Below, in pieces: positions 1 to 8,176 of a DNA stretch of 25,856 nucleotides. The translations under genes and the position numbers were made by a program. Source of the stretch: Oscillospiraceae bacterium (lineage in GTDB: Bacteria; Bacillota; Clostridia; Oscillospirales; Oscillospiraceae); contig JAQVYO010000002.1 of NCBI GenBank assembly GCA_028708585.1, forward strand, positions 1 to 25,856, read 5' to 3'. Below the pieces are notes generated by a model, which was not told the origin of the DNA, made no database searches, and worked only from the letters and a program-made list of their open reading frames with translations. Each line of letters starts with the position of its first letter. Within the stretch, counting starts at the first letter, position 1.

Positions 1-1292
1 GCCTCGAAGGTTTCGATAGAATCCTGCTCATGTCCGAAGGCCTTGACAATTTTGTGGCCGGTGAACATTTCCTCAGTGTGCCCGCTGAGCTCGCCCAGAT
101 ATTTTTGCTGCGCCTCATAGTATTTCTGGGATTTTTTTGCGATCAGCATGGTGAGGGCGACGTAAAGCGGCAGGGTTAAAATGACGAGCAGCGTCAAAAG
201 AGGGCTGATGGTCAGCATCATGACGATATAGCCGATGAGCTGCATCAAAGAGGTGATGAGCTGGGTCAGGCTTTGCTGCAGCGTAGAGGAAATGGTGTCG
301 ATGTCGTTGGTCATGCGGCTTAAAATTTCGCCGTTGGTATGGGAATCAAAATAGCGCAGGGGAAGCCTTGCAATTTTGTTGTCCAAATCCCGCCTTAGAT
401 GATAGACGACCGTCTGGGCCACGGTGGACATGACATACTGCATGATGAAGGTAAACAGAGAGCTTAAAATATAGATCACCAAGAGACGCAGCAGGGTGTT
501 TCCAATGGCTTGAAAGGGAATGCTGCCGCCGGTTTCCCGGATGTCGTTTGTATACTTTTGCAGATCCCCTTGTGACAGGGTCATGAGCTTGTTGGCAGAA
601 GAATTGTTTTCTCCACCTTGGGATATCAGGTTTTTGGGCAGCGACTGCACGTTTTCCACGAAGCTCTTTGCAATGTCCGCTCTGGCTCCGAAATTATTGG
701 CGCTCTTAATCTGGGGCAGGGCGCAGAGCTTGCGGAAGGTTTCAAATTGGGGAAGGGACATGGAAAGCTTTTCCGCAAATGATTGGTCCACCGCCTCTTT
801 GGCCTTGGCCTCCGCCGTCCCTTTGGCTTTTGCAATGGCGTCGTCATAGCCGGGGATGCCGCTGTATGCGCTTTCCGGGATGCCGGGCGCTTTTGACCGG
901 AATAGCTCATCCACCGCGGATTTTGCTTTTTCGTCCGCTGCTTTTACGGCGTTGCTCTGAGCGTCGTTATAGGCGCTCAGAACGTTTTTGAGCTGGCCCT
1001 GCGCGGTGTCAATGCCGTTTACAATGGATTTTGAGATGAATCCGTCGGTCAGCTGATTGATAGCGACGCCGGAGACCTTGGGTCCCCAAACAGTAAAGAC
1101 GGTGCTGAAAACGGCGAATATAGCCACAAAGACAAGACTCACGGTCTGAGGCTTCAGATAGCCCAAAAGCCGCCGCAGCGTGCCCTTAAAATCCTTGGCT
1201 TTTTCCACGGGCCGCCCCAAGCTGCCGGCGGGTCCTCCGCCGCGCTGGAATTTGGGCCGCCTCGATTTGAAAGATTTGTTTTTTTCGCTCAT
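1..1292 (-). CDS. ABC exporter permease/ATP-binding subunit B (TM288/YfiC-like), partial: C-terminal part lies off the left edge
   Basis: Not in the ORF track; translated by hand. ATG at 1292-1290 overlaps the upstream stop (ATGA). MSEKNKSFK...EKAKDFKGTLRRLLGYLKP...TVWGPK...LPLRYFDSHTNGEILSRMTNDIDTISSTLQQSL...LSGHTEEMFTGHKIVKAFG is a typical type IV ABC exporter transmembrane domain, open to position 1. Confidence 0.92.
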   Translation of the reverse strand, partial: MSEKNKSFKSRRPKFQRGGGPAGSLGRPVEKAKDFKGTLRRLLGYLKPQTVSLVFVAIFAVFSTVFTVWGPKVSGVAINQLTDGFISKSIVNGIDTAQGQLKNVLSAYNDAQSNAVKAADEKAKSAVDELFRSKAPGIPESAYSGIPGYDDAIAKAKGTAEAKAKEAVDQSFAEKLSMSLPQFETFRKLCALPQIKSANNFGARADIAKSFVENVQSLPKNLISQGGENNSSANKLMTLSQGDLQKYTNDIRETGGSIPFQAIGNTLLRLLVIYILSSLFTFIMQYVMSTVAQTVVYHLRRDLDNKIARLPLRYFDSHTNGEILSRMTNDIDTISSTLQQSLTQLITSLMQLIGYIVMMLTISPLLTLLVILTLPLYVALTMLIAKKSQKYYEAQQKYLGELSGHTEEMFTGHKIVKAFGHEQDSIETFE

Positions 1293-3016
1293 GCCAGCTC
1301 CTCCTTGGATAACTGAGAGAATACGATTTCACGATAAACCTCGCAGCTGTCCATTAATTCTTTGTGGGTTCCGACGCCGGCGATTTTTCCTTCGTCCAGC
1401 ACGATGATGCGGTCGGCATCCATAATGGTCCCTACTCGCTGCGCCACAATGATGACGGTGGACGCGGCGGTCTCCTGCTTCAAAGCGGCGCGCAGGCGGG
1501 CGTCGGTTTTGAAGTCCAGGGCGGAAAAGCTGTCGTCAAAGATGTAGATTTCCGGTTTGCGCACCAGCGCCCGGGCGATGGAAAGCCGCTGCTTCTGTCC
1601 GCCGGAAAGGTTTTGGCCGCCCTCCGAAAGAATGGTGTCGTAAGCGGCGGGCATTTCGGAGATGAAACGGTCCGCCTGGGCGACCTCGGCCGCGTGCCGG
1701 ATTTCCTCATCGGTCGCGTCGCTTTTCCCATAGCGGATGTTTTCCGCGATGGTGCCCGAGAATAAGGTGGCTTTCTGAGGGACAAAGCCAATTTTCGCCC
1801 GCAGGTCTGCCTGGGACAATTCCCGGACGTCCACGCCGTCCACCAGGACAGCCCCGGAATTCGGGTCATAAAACCTGGGAATCAGGTTGATGATGGTAGA
1901 TTTCCCGCTGCCGGTTCCGCCGATGATAGCGGTCGTTTCCCCGGGGCTTGCCACAAAGGAAATATTGTTGATGGGAGGTTCCTCTGCGTCGGCATACCCG
2001 AAGGTGACGTTTTGAAACTCCACATAGCCGGCCTTTTCCTCCGCCCTGCGGATGGTTTCCGGGTCGGCAATGCCGGACTTGGTTTCCAGCACCGCGTTAA
2101 TCCGTTCCGCGGCCGCCTGGGCCCGGGGGAGCATGATGAACATCATGGTCATCATCAGAAGGGACATTAAAACCTGAATAGTATACTGTATAAACGCAAT
2201 CAGATTGCCGATGTTTGTGGCTCCCGTATCAATCCGGACGCTGCCGAACCAGAGAATGCTGAGGGTGACAAGATTCATTATCATCATCATGAGGGGCATC
2301 AAAAACGCCATAATCCGGTTGACCTTGATGTAATTATCGGTGAGATCCCGGCTGGCAGCGTCAAAACGGGCCTTTTCGTGATCAATGCGGTTGAAGGCGC
2401 GGATGACCCGGATGCCGGTAAGGTTTTCCCGAAGGACCAGATTGATTTTATCCAGCTTGGTTTGAATGCGCTTAAACAGCGGCATGCCTTTCAGCATAAA
2501 AAAAGTAATCATCAGCACTATCACGGGCAAAACGATAAGCAGGATCACCGAAAGCCCGGGATCTTTGCGGTATGCCAGAATTGCGCTGCCGATGACCATC
2601 AGGGGCGCCCGTGCCATCATATTGAAAATGATGATGCTGACGGTTTGGATTTGGATGATATCGTTGGTAGTTCTAGTAATCAAAGTGGAAGCGCCGAACC
2701 GGTCGAATTCTGGAAGGGAAAAGCCTTCCACATGCCGAAAAAGCTTGCCGCGCAGGATCCGGCCCAGCCCCATGGAAGCCCGGGAGCTTAAAAAGCTTGC
2801 GGAAACCGCGCACAGCACGCCGCCTGCCGCAACCAGCAGCATGAAGCCGCCGGTTCTCCAAATATAAGCAATATCTGTGTTGATGATGCCGTTATTGACA
2901 ATGTCCGCCATTAAAGTAGGCAGATAAAGATCGGCGGTGACCTGAAGAAATACCAGCACAAAAATGCCGCAGATGTGCAAGGCGTAAGGCTTCAGGTTTC
3001 TGTATATTTTGAGCAT
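1289..3016 (-). CDS. ABC exporter permease/ATP-binding subunit A (TM287/YfiB-like, heterodimeric multidrug-type)
   Basis: 575 aa. N-terminal multi-helix TMD; Walker A GGTGSGKS, signature LSGGQKQR, degenerate Walker B IYIFDDS and AQR switch (degenerate site of heterodimeric exporters). RBS GGAGG upstream of 3016. Confidence 0.95.
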   Translation of the reverse strand: MLKIYRNLKPYALHICGIFVLVFLQVTADLYLPTLMADIVNNGIINTDIAYIWRTGGFMLLVAAGGVLCAVSASFLSSRASMGLGRILRGKLFRHVEGFSLPEFDRFGASTLITRTTNDIIQIQTVSIIIFNMMARAPLMVIGSAILAYRKDPGLSVILLIVLPVIVLMITFFMLKGMPLFKRIQTKLDKINLVLRENLTGIRVIRAFNRIDHEKARFDAASRDLTDNYIKVNRIMAFLMPLMMMIMNLVTLSILWFGSVRIDTGATNIGNLIAFIQYTIQVLMSLLMMTMMFIMLPRAQAAAERINAVLETKSGIADPETIRRAEEKAGYVEFQNVTFGYADAEEPPINNISFVASPGETTAIIGGTGSGKSTIINLIPRFYDPNSGAVLVDGVDVRELSQADLRAKIGFVPQKATLFSGTIAENIRYGKSDATDEEIRHAAEVAQADRFISEMPAAYDTILSEGGQNLSGGQKQRLSIARALVRKPEIYIFDDSFSALDFKTDARLRAALKQETAASTVIIVAQRVGTIMDADRIIVLDEGKIAGVGTHKELMDSCEVYREIVFSQLSKEELA

Positions 3017-3029
3017 GGATTACCTCCGC

Positions 3030-3518
3030 TTACTTTCGTTTTTGATCTTGGGAATCTAAAAAGGTAAAAGTTTCGTTGATGAGCGCTGTTAAGGTTCTGC
3101 ATTTTTCATCTCCCATATACGCCACATAATCTTTCATCAGGGCAACCATGTGTCGCTGCTCCTCTTTTGCAACGTTTTTTCCCTCTTCCTTCAGCCGGAT
3201 CCGGATGATGCGCCGGTCACTTTCATCCATGCTGCGTTCCAGCATGCCTTTGTGTTCCAGCCCGCCGATGAGAGAGGTGATGGAGGGGGGCTTCACCCGC
3301 AGGCGGCCGCTTAAATCGGAAACGCTGATGCCGTCCGGATATCTTTGCTCCGCTTCCGCAAGCTCCATCAGCAAAATAAATTCGCTGTGCTTCAGCATGT
3401 GATGCCAGTGGCTTGGCCGGTGCTTTCGATCCAGTTTTTGCAGCCGGATCCGTTTGAACTGCGTAAACGCGCGGATAAGGTTTTCGGAAAGAAGCTCGGT
3501 CTCGCTTTTTTCCTGCAA
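3030..3518 (-). CDS. MarR-family transcriptional regulator
   Basis: 162 aa, TTG start with GAGGTG RBS. wHTH pattern SVSDLSGRLRVKPPSITSLIGGLEHKGMLER...DRRIIRIRL; directly upstream of the ABC pair. Confidence 0.92.
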   Translation of the reverse strand: MQEKSETELLSENLIRAFTQFKRIRLQKLDRKHRPSHWHHMLKHSEFILLMELAEAEQRYPDGISVSDLSGRLRVKPPSITSLIGGLEHKGMLERSMDESDRRIIRIRLKEEGKNVAKEEQRHMVALMKDYVAYMGDEKCRTLTALINETFTFLDSQDQKRK

Positions 3519-3536
3519 ATCGGTTCACCTCAATTC

Positions 3537-3570
3537 ATTAGATAAACTAATAATTAGCAAACTTAATTAT
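3537..3570. promoter_or_regulatory. Two tandem palindromic operators, probable MarR autoregulatory sites
   Basis: ATTAG-ATAAA-CTAAT at 3537-3551 (perfect) and ATAATTAG-CAAAC-TTAATTAT at 3550-3570 (one mismatch), lying between the marR RBS and the -10 element. Confidence 0.7.
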
Positions 3571-3595
3571 AAGCATGCATGCAGTAAAAAATCAA
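3566..3595 (-). promoter_or_regulatory. sigmaA-type promoter of the marR-ABC operon
   Basis: Minus strand TTGATT-N18-TATAAT. Confidence 0.65.
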
Positions 3596-3728
3596 GGGGC
3601 TAAATGAAAAAAAGTTTCGCTTCCGTCCGCGTATTTTTGTGGAACTTTTCGCGGCTTTGTCAGACGCGGCAAAAAGGGCGGCGCCGGCGCATCGGATACC
3701 GGATGAAAGCTTTCTTTTTTTCTGCTAT

Positions 3729-3739
3729 TATGCTATAAT
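3729..3739 (+). promoter_or_regulatory. Extended -10 promoter for the HAD hydrolase
   Basis: TATG-c-TATAAT (TRTGn + perfect -10); no good -35. Confidence 0.55.
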
Positions 3740-3790
3740 CTGACACATTATGACAATATAACAATGGAAGTTCCGGCGGAATGGAGAGAT

Positions 3791-4507
3791 ATGGTGAAGA
3801 AAAAGGTGATCCTGTTTGATTTGGATGGAACGCTGCTGCCCATGGATCAGGACGAATTTGTCCGGGCTTATCTAAGCGAGCTGGCAAAAAAGATCTGCCC
3901 ATTCGGGTATGAAAAGCGGCAGCTGGTGGACAGCGTCTGGACCGGCATGTCCGCCATGGTGGGAAACGACGGGCGGGCGCTGAACGAAGAGCGGTTTTGG
4001 GCCGCGTTTGCAAAGGGAATGGGAGAGAAGGCGCGGAGCCTCAAGGAAGAATTTACGGCCTTTTATCAAAATGAATTTAATGGGGTGAAAAAGGCGGCGG
4101 GGGAAAATCCACTGGCCTCGGAAGCCGTGGCGCTGGCGCGGAAACGGGCGGACAAGGTGGTGTTGGCCACCAATCCGTTATTTCCGGCCTGTGGAATCAA
4201 AACGCGGCTGAGCTGGGTGGGACTGGATCTTTCGGATTTCGATCTGGTTACGACCTATGAAAACTCTGCCTTTTGCAAGCCGAATCCGAACTATTTCCGG
4301 GAGATCCTGCAAAAGATTCACGCGGACCCGGAAGAATGCCTGATGGTGGGAAATGATTTAAAAGAGGATGTGGAAGCCTGCGGGCGGGCCGGAATCAACG
4401 CTTTTTTAGTGACAGACTGTCTTATTTCCCATGGCCGGGCGGTTGGCTCCGTCCCGAAAGGGACGTTCCGGGAGATGGTGTCCTTTTTGGACACGTTTGG
4501 CATATGA
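3791..4507 (+). CDS. HAD-superfamily hydrolase/phosphatase
   Basis: Motif I FDLDGTLL, motif II LATN, motif III CKP, motif IV MVGND. Start moved from 3764 to ATG 3791 (GGAGAG RBS). Confidence 0.9.
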   Translation: MVKKKVILFDLDGTLLPMDQDEFVRAYLSELAKKICPFGYEKRQLVDSVWTGMSAMVGNDGRALNEERFWAAFAKGMGEKARSLKEEFTAFYQNEFNGVKKAAGENPLASEAVALARKRADKVVLATNPLFPACGIKTRLSWVGLDLSDFDLVTTYENSAFCKPNPNYFREILQKIHADPEECLMVGNDLKEDVEACGRAGINAFLVTDCLISHGRAVGSVPKGTFREMVSFLDTFGI

Positions 4508-4605
4508 ACGAACAGAAAAGCAAAGAGGGGAAAGAGAATAAAAGAAAAATGCGGAGACGCTTTCCACAGGGCCGGGAGGGGAGCGAAATTGCCGGTGCAA
4601 AAACA

Positions 4606-4634
4606 TTGCATCTTGCAGATGAATTGTATATAAT
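4606..4634 (+). promoter_or_regulatory. sigmaA promoter of the kimA-like gene
   Basis: TTGCAT-N17-TATAAT, about 50 bp upstream of ATG 4685. Confidence 0.75.
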
Positions 4635-4684
4635 CAATGAAATCTTGCGTTTCATATCGATTATGGGAGAAAAGAGGAAAAGCT

Positions 4685-6526
4685 ATGGGCTTTAAGAAAC
4701 TCAGGCGGATTTTAATTGGGGAGCCGCTTGACAATGAAGCGCTGAAGGAAGAAAAATATTCGCTGAAATGGGGGCTTCCCATCCTTTCCAGCGATGCGAT
4801 TTCTTCCGTTGCCTATGCGGGGCAGGAAATCCTGATGATTCTGATTCCGGCCATTGGCGTTCTGGCTTACCGGCAGCTGACCATTTTATCCGGTGTCATT
4901 ATTTTCCTGTTGTTTTTGCTGATGCTTTCCTACCGGCAGACCATCGACTGTTATCCCAACGGCGGCGGGGCCTACACCGTGGCCAAAGAAAACATCGGGA
5001 CTGTGGCCGGCGTGGTGGCGGGCGCGGCTTTGTCGGTGGATTATATCTTGACGGTGGCCGTCAGCGTATCTTCCGGCGTGGAGCAGATTACATCCGCGTT
5101 TTTGACGCTGCGGCCATATAAAGTTCCGATTTGCATTTTGCTGGTTTTGCTGCTGATGCTGGGGAATTTAAGAGGCGTGCGGGAATCGTCCAAGATTTTC
5201 GGCCTGCCCGCTTATGCGTTTATTTTGGGAATTCTTTTCATGATTGTCATGGGGTTTTTCAAATTGGGAACGGGGTATGTGCCGCCCGAGCCAACGCTTC
5301 CCGCCGTTGTGCAGCCCCTCACCATGATGTTGATGCTCCGGGCATTTTCAAACGGATGTTCCGCGCTGACCGGCGTGGAAGCCGTCAGTAACGCCGTCCC
5401 GAATTTTAAGGAGCCGTCTCAAAGAAACGCGAAAACCATTTTGCTGCTTCTGGCCGTCATCATCTTTGTGCTGTTTGGCGGCACAGCCGCTCTGGCGTAC
5501 TTTTATCATGTTGTCCCAGGCGAAAAGGCCATGCTGATTCTGATTGCGTCTGAAATTTTTGGGCAGGGGTTCATGTTTTACTATGTAACCATTACCACGT
5601 TTATCATTTTGATTATGGCCGCCAACACCGCATATTCCGGGTTCCCCATGCTGGTGTCTGTCATGGCGAAGGAAGGGTTTATGCCGCGGCAGCTGAGCAT
5701 GCGGGGCAACCGCCTGAGCTTTGATTACGGCATTCTGCTGTTGTCGGCAGCGGCCATGGTTCTGATCGTCATTTTTAAGGCGCAGGTGGGATCTCTCATT
5801 GGGCTGTATGCCATCGGCGTGTTCATTTCCTTTACGCTGTCCCAATCCGGTATGTTCCTGCGCTGGGTCAGGAGGCGGGAAGGGCATTGGGTGCATAAAG
5901 CTCTAATCAACGGGATCGGCGCGCTGGCCACGGTGATCGTCGTGGGTATCATTGCGGTGACAAAATTTAATCAGGGCGCATGGATCGTCGTATTCTTAAT
6001 CCCGCTGATTGTGCTGGCGCTGCTAAAGATCAAGCGGCACTATACCACGGTTCGTGACCAGCTGCGGCTGGAGCGGGAAGAATGCGCCACCGCGCTCCAA
6101 AAAGAAAACAGGTATCGCAACCGGGTGATTGTGCCGCTGGAAAGCGTCAACCGGGCTAGTGTCCGCGCCTTGCGGTATGCGCAGACCATCTCGGACAATG
6201 TTACGGTTTTTAGCGTGGTGATTAACAAAGCCGCCGAGGAAAAAAACCGGGAGCGGTATTCCTGGCTGAAAACCGACATTCCCATTATCATCAAATATTC
6301 CCCCTACCGGGAGATTGTGGGGCCTCTGCTGGAGTTTATCCGCTCGGCGGAATACAATTGTTCGGAGAACGATATCATCACGGTGATTCTCCCGCAGTTC
6401 CGGGTGAATAAACTATGGCAGCGCATTTTGCACAACAACACCAGAGTCTATATCGAACGGGAATTATTAAAGCAGAAGAATATTGTGATCTCAACCATGC
6501 CGCTTCAGATTGAGGCGGAGAGATAG
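4685..6526 (+). CDS. kimA: KimA/YdaO-like APC-superfamily (KUP-related) potassium transporter
   Basis: Motifs LSSDAISSVAY, YPNGGGAY, SVDYILTVAVSVSSG, LTGVEAVSNAVPNFKEP, ANTAYSGFP, LYAIGVFISFTLSQSGM and C-terminal cytosolic domain ending ILHNNT, all matching my recollection of B. subtilis KimA. Start at ATG 4685 after AGAGGA. Confidence 0.85.
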   Translation: MGFKKLRRILIGEPLDNEALKEEKYSLKWGLPILSSDAISSVAYAGQEILMILIPAIGVLAYRQLTILSGVIIFLLFLLMLSYRQTIDCYPNGGGAYTVAKENIGTVAGVVAGAALSVDYILTVAVSVSSGVEQITSAFLTLRPYKVPICILLVLLLMLGNLRGVRESSKIFGLPAYAFILGILFMIVMGFFKLGTGYVPPEPTLPAVVQPLTMMLMLRAFSNGCSALTGVEAVSNAVPNFKEPSQRNAKTILLLLAVIIFVLFGGTAALAYFYHVVPGEKAMLILIASEIFGQGFMFYYVTITTFIILIMAANTAYSGFPMLVSVMAKEGFMPRQLSMRGNRLSFDYGILLLSAAAMVLIVIFKAQVGSLIGLYAIGVFISFTLSQSGMFLRWVRRREGHWVHKALINGIGALATVIVVGIIAVTKFNQGAWIVVFLIPLIVLALLKIKRHYTTVRDQLRLEREECATALQKENRYRNRVIVPLESVNRASVRALRYAQTISDNVTVFSVVINKAAEEKNRERYSWLKTDIPIIIKYSPYREIVGPLLEFIRSAEYNCSENDIITVILPQFRVNKLWQRILHNNTRVYIERELLKQKNIVISTMPLQIEAER

Positions 6527-6785
6527 CCGGCGGCCGCCTTTCTCCGTCTCAGGGCATCAGTATTTCCGGCGGTATTCTGAAAGCTCCTTTTGAGGGCTAG
6601 ACATCAAGCCGGGCATTTTGCCCGGCTTGGAGACTGCCGGGAAAGGCCGCCTGCCTTGCCCGGCAAAAGGATTGTATGCAGGCCGCTCGCCTTGCATGAA
6701 CGGCGTTTTTTCCGGCGTTGCCGGTAAAAATTTTTGTTCAGAACAGGGGCTTTTCGGAATGAAATGGTGTTGCTTGCAAAAAACT

Positions 6786-6796
6786 TGTGGTATACT
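6786..6796 (+). promoter_or_regulatory. Extended -10 promoter upstream of the small ORF
   Basis: TGTG-g-TATACT; TTGCTT/TTGCAA upstream at non-ideal spacing. Confidence 0.55.
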
Positions 6797-6917
6797 ATCT
6801 TAGAATGAGCGGCATGCGTTCCGTTCCGTCCGCTTTTGGCCCTTTCGGGGCAGCCGCAGGCGTCGGAGCAGGATACCACAGCCGTTTGGCGGCGGTATAA
6901 CAAAAGGGGTGAAATTT

Positions 6918-7079
6918 ATGGGATTGATCGTAAACAATGACAGATTCAATGGGGACGTGAACCGGCTGGGCGAGCTCCTGATTACGTGGGACGAAGATCA
7001 GAAGGCGCAGGAGGAAACCAGCGCGTTGAAAAAGCAGGACACCCATAAAACCGGCGAGGGAAAAACCAGCCAGAAATAA
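6918..7079 (+). CDS. Small hypothetical protein, 53 aa (below the ORF-track cut-off)
   Basis: RBS AAGGGGTGA then ATG. MGLIVNNDRFNGDVNRLGELLITWDEDQKAQEETSALKKQDTHKTGEGKTSQK-TAA; flanked by a promoter and a terminator. Confidence 0.7.
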   Translation: MGLIVNNDRFNGDVNRLGELLITWDEDQKAQEETSALKKQDTHKTGEGKTSQK

Positions 7080-7143
7080 ACGGCAGCGCGCTTTTGCAAA
7101 TTAAATTTACAGAATAAAATTGATAAATGGTCTGATAAAAGGG

Positions 7144-7192
7144 AAATACGCCTTGAAATGGCTCTTTAAAAGCCATTTCAAGGCGTATTTTT
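7144..7192. terminator. Bidirectional intrinsic terminator between the small ORF and rbr
   Basis: Perfect 20-bp inverted repeat AAATACGCCTTGAAATGGCT / AGCCATTTCAAGGCGTATTT with 7-nt loop, T-run on the + strand side. Confidence 0.85.
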
Positions 7193-7304
7193 ATGTGCTG
7201 TTTTCTTAAAAGGAAGTGTGCAGCAGCCCGTTTTTGTCCGGCATCAGCTGGGTGCCGGCAAAACAGCCGGGACTGCGCTGTTCTATAAAACGCACCAGGA
7301 CCCC

Positions 7305-7838
7305 TTAATAATTTTCTTTCCGGACTTCGAAGAAGCTTTGTGGGTGGGCGCAGACGGGACAGACGCCGGGCGCCTTCTTACCAACCACCAGATGGCCGCA
7401 GTTGCGGCACTCCCACATGGTCTCGCCGGACTTTTCAAAGACATTCTGCATCTCGACGTTTTTCAGCAAAGCGCGATAGCGCTCTTCATGCGCCTTTTCA
7501 ATTTTGCCGACGGCCCGGAACTGTACGGCGAGAACGGGGAACCCTTCGGCTTCCGCGTCTTTGGCAAAGCCTTCGTACATATCCGTCCATTCGTAGTTCT
7601 CTCCCTCGGCGGCGTGCAGAAGATTGGCTTTGGTGCCGCCCAGCTCGCCAAGGGCTTTAAACCAGAGCTTTGCGTGTTCTTTTTCGTTGTTGGCGGTGGC
7701 TTCAAAGACGGCGGCGATCTGTTCGTATCCCTCTTTTTTCGCGGTGGAAGCAAAGTATGTATATTTGTTTCTGGCCTGGGATTCGCCGGCAAAAGCCGCC
7801 ATTAAATTCTTTTCTGTTTTTGTTCCTTTTAACTCCAT
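7305..7838 (-). CDS. rbr: Rubrerythrin
   Basis: [26 protein letters not shown]...EKEHAK...EGENYE...EKAHEERY (di-iron four-helix bundle) plus C-terminal rubredoxin CRNCGH...CPVCAHP. True start ATG 7838 with AAAGGAG RBS; 177 aa. Confidence 0.95.
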   Translation of the reverse strand: MELKGTKTEKNLMAAFAGESQARNKYTYFASTAKKEGYEQIAAVFEATANNEKEHAKLWFKALGELGGTKANLLHAAEGENYEWTDMYEGFAKDAEAEGFPVLAVQFRAVGKIEKAHEERYRALLKNVEMQNVFEKSGETMWECRNCGHLVVGKKAPGVCPVCAHPQSFFEVRKENY

Positions 7839-8067
7839 GATACGCACTCTCCTTTGTTGTAATGTTGGATTGCGCCCTTTTCCCGTCCGGGCGAAATCCG
7901 CAGGAAGCCGATGCGGAAGGGCGGATGCGAACCTACCGTTTGTCCCAAAGGGAAGCAAAGCATGGTCCATCATAATCAGTTCCCGCTGTTTTGCGGGCAA
8001 GCCAAGCTGCCTGCTTTGCTTATTATACTGCATTTTGCCGCTTTGTTCTGTGATGTACTCACTAAGG

Positions 8068-8082
8068 CTAAAAATTATTTTA
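8068..8082 (-). promoter_or_regulatory. PerR-like box overlapping the rbr -10
   Basis: Minus strand TTAAAAT-A-ATTTTTA matches the PerR 7-1-7 consensus TTATAATnATTATAA at 11/14. Confidence 0.4.
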
Positions 8083-8105
8083 ACAGGGAGGAAGTCCGGC
8101 TGCAA
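8077..8105 (-). promoter_or_regulatory. sigmaA promoter of rbr
   Basis: Minus strand TTGCAG-N17-TAAAAT with TGn extension. Confidence 0.65.
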
Positions 8106-8176
8106 GGGGACCGGTCCGCCCATCGTTAAACGTGCGGCAAAAATTTAAAACTTCATACTTTTTTATGACGTTTTGT

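Noticed and set aside
4504-4695. 63-aa ORF overlapping the HAD stop codon (ATGA)
   Set aside because: Runs through the kimA promoter and start, low-complexity, no RBS; probably chance.
7953-8021. NiCo/czcD riboswitch as the identity of the rbr leader
   Set aside because: AGCAGGC and AACTGA occur, but not in the order or context I recall for that family; not supportable without cmscan.
7839-8123. N-terminal extension of rubrerythrin in the ORF track (272 aa)
   Set aside because: Strong RBS and family N-terminus at 7838; the extension covers the promoter and leader. The same logic was applied to extensions at 3764, 4637, 11566, 14653, 18627, 21737 and 23192.
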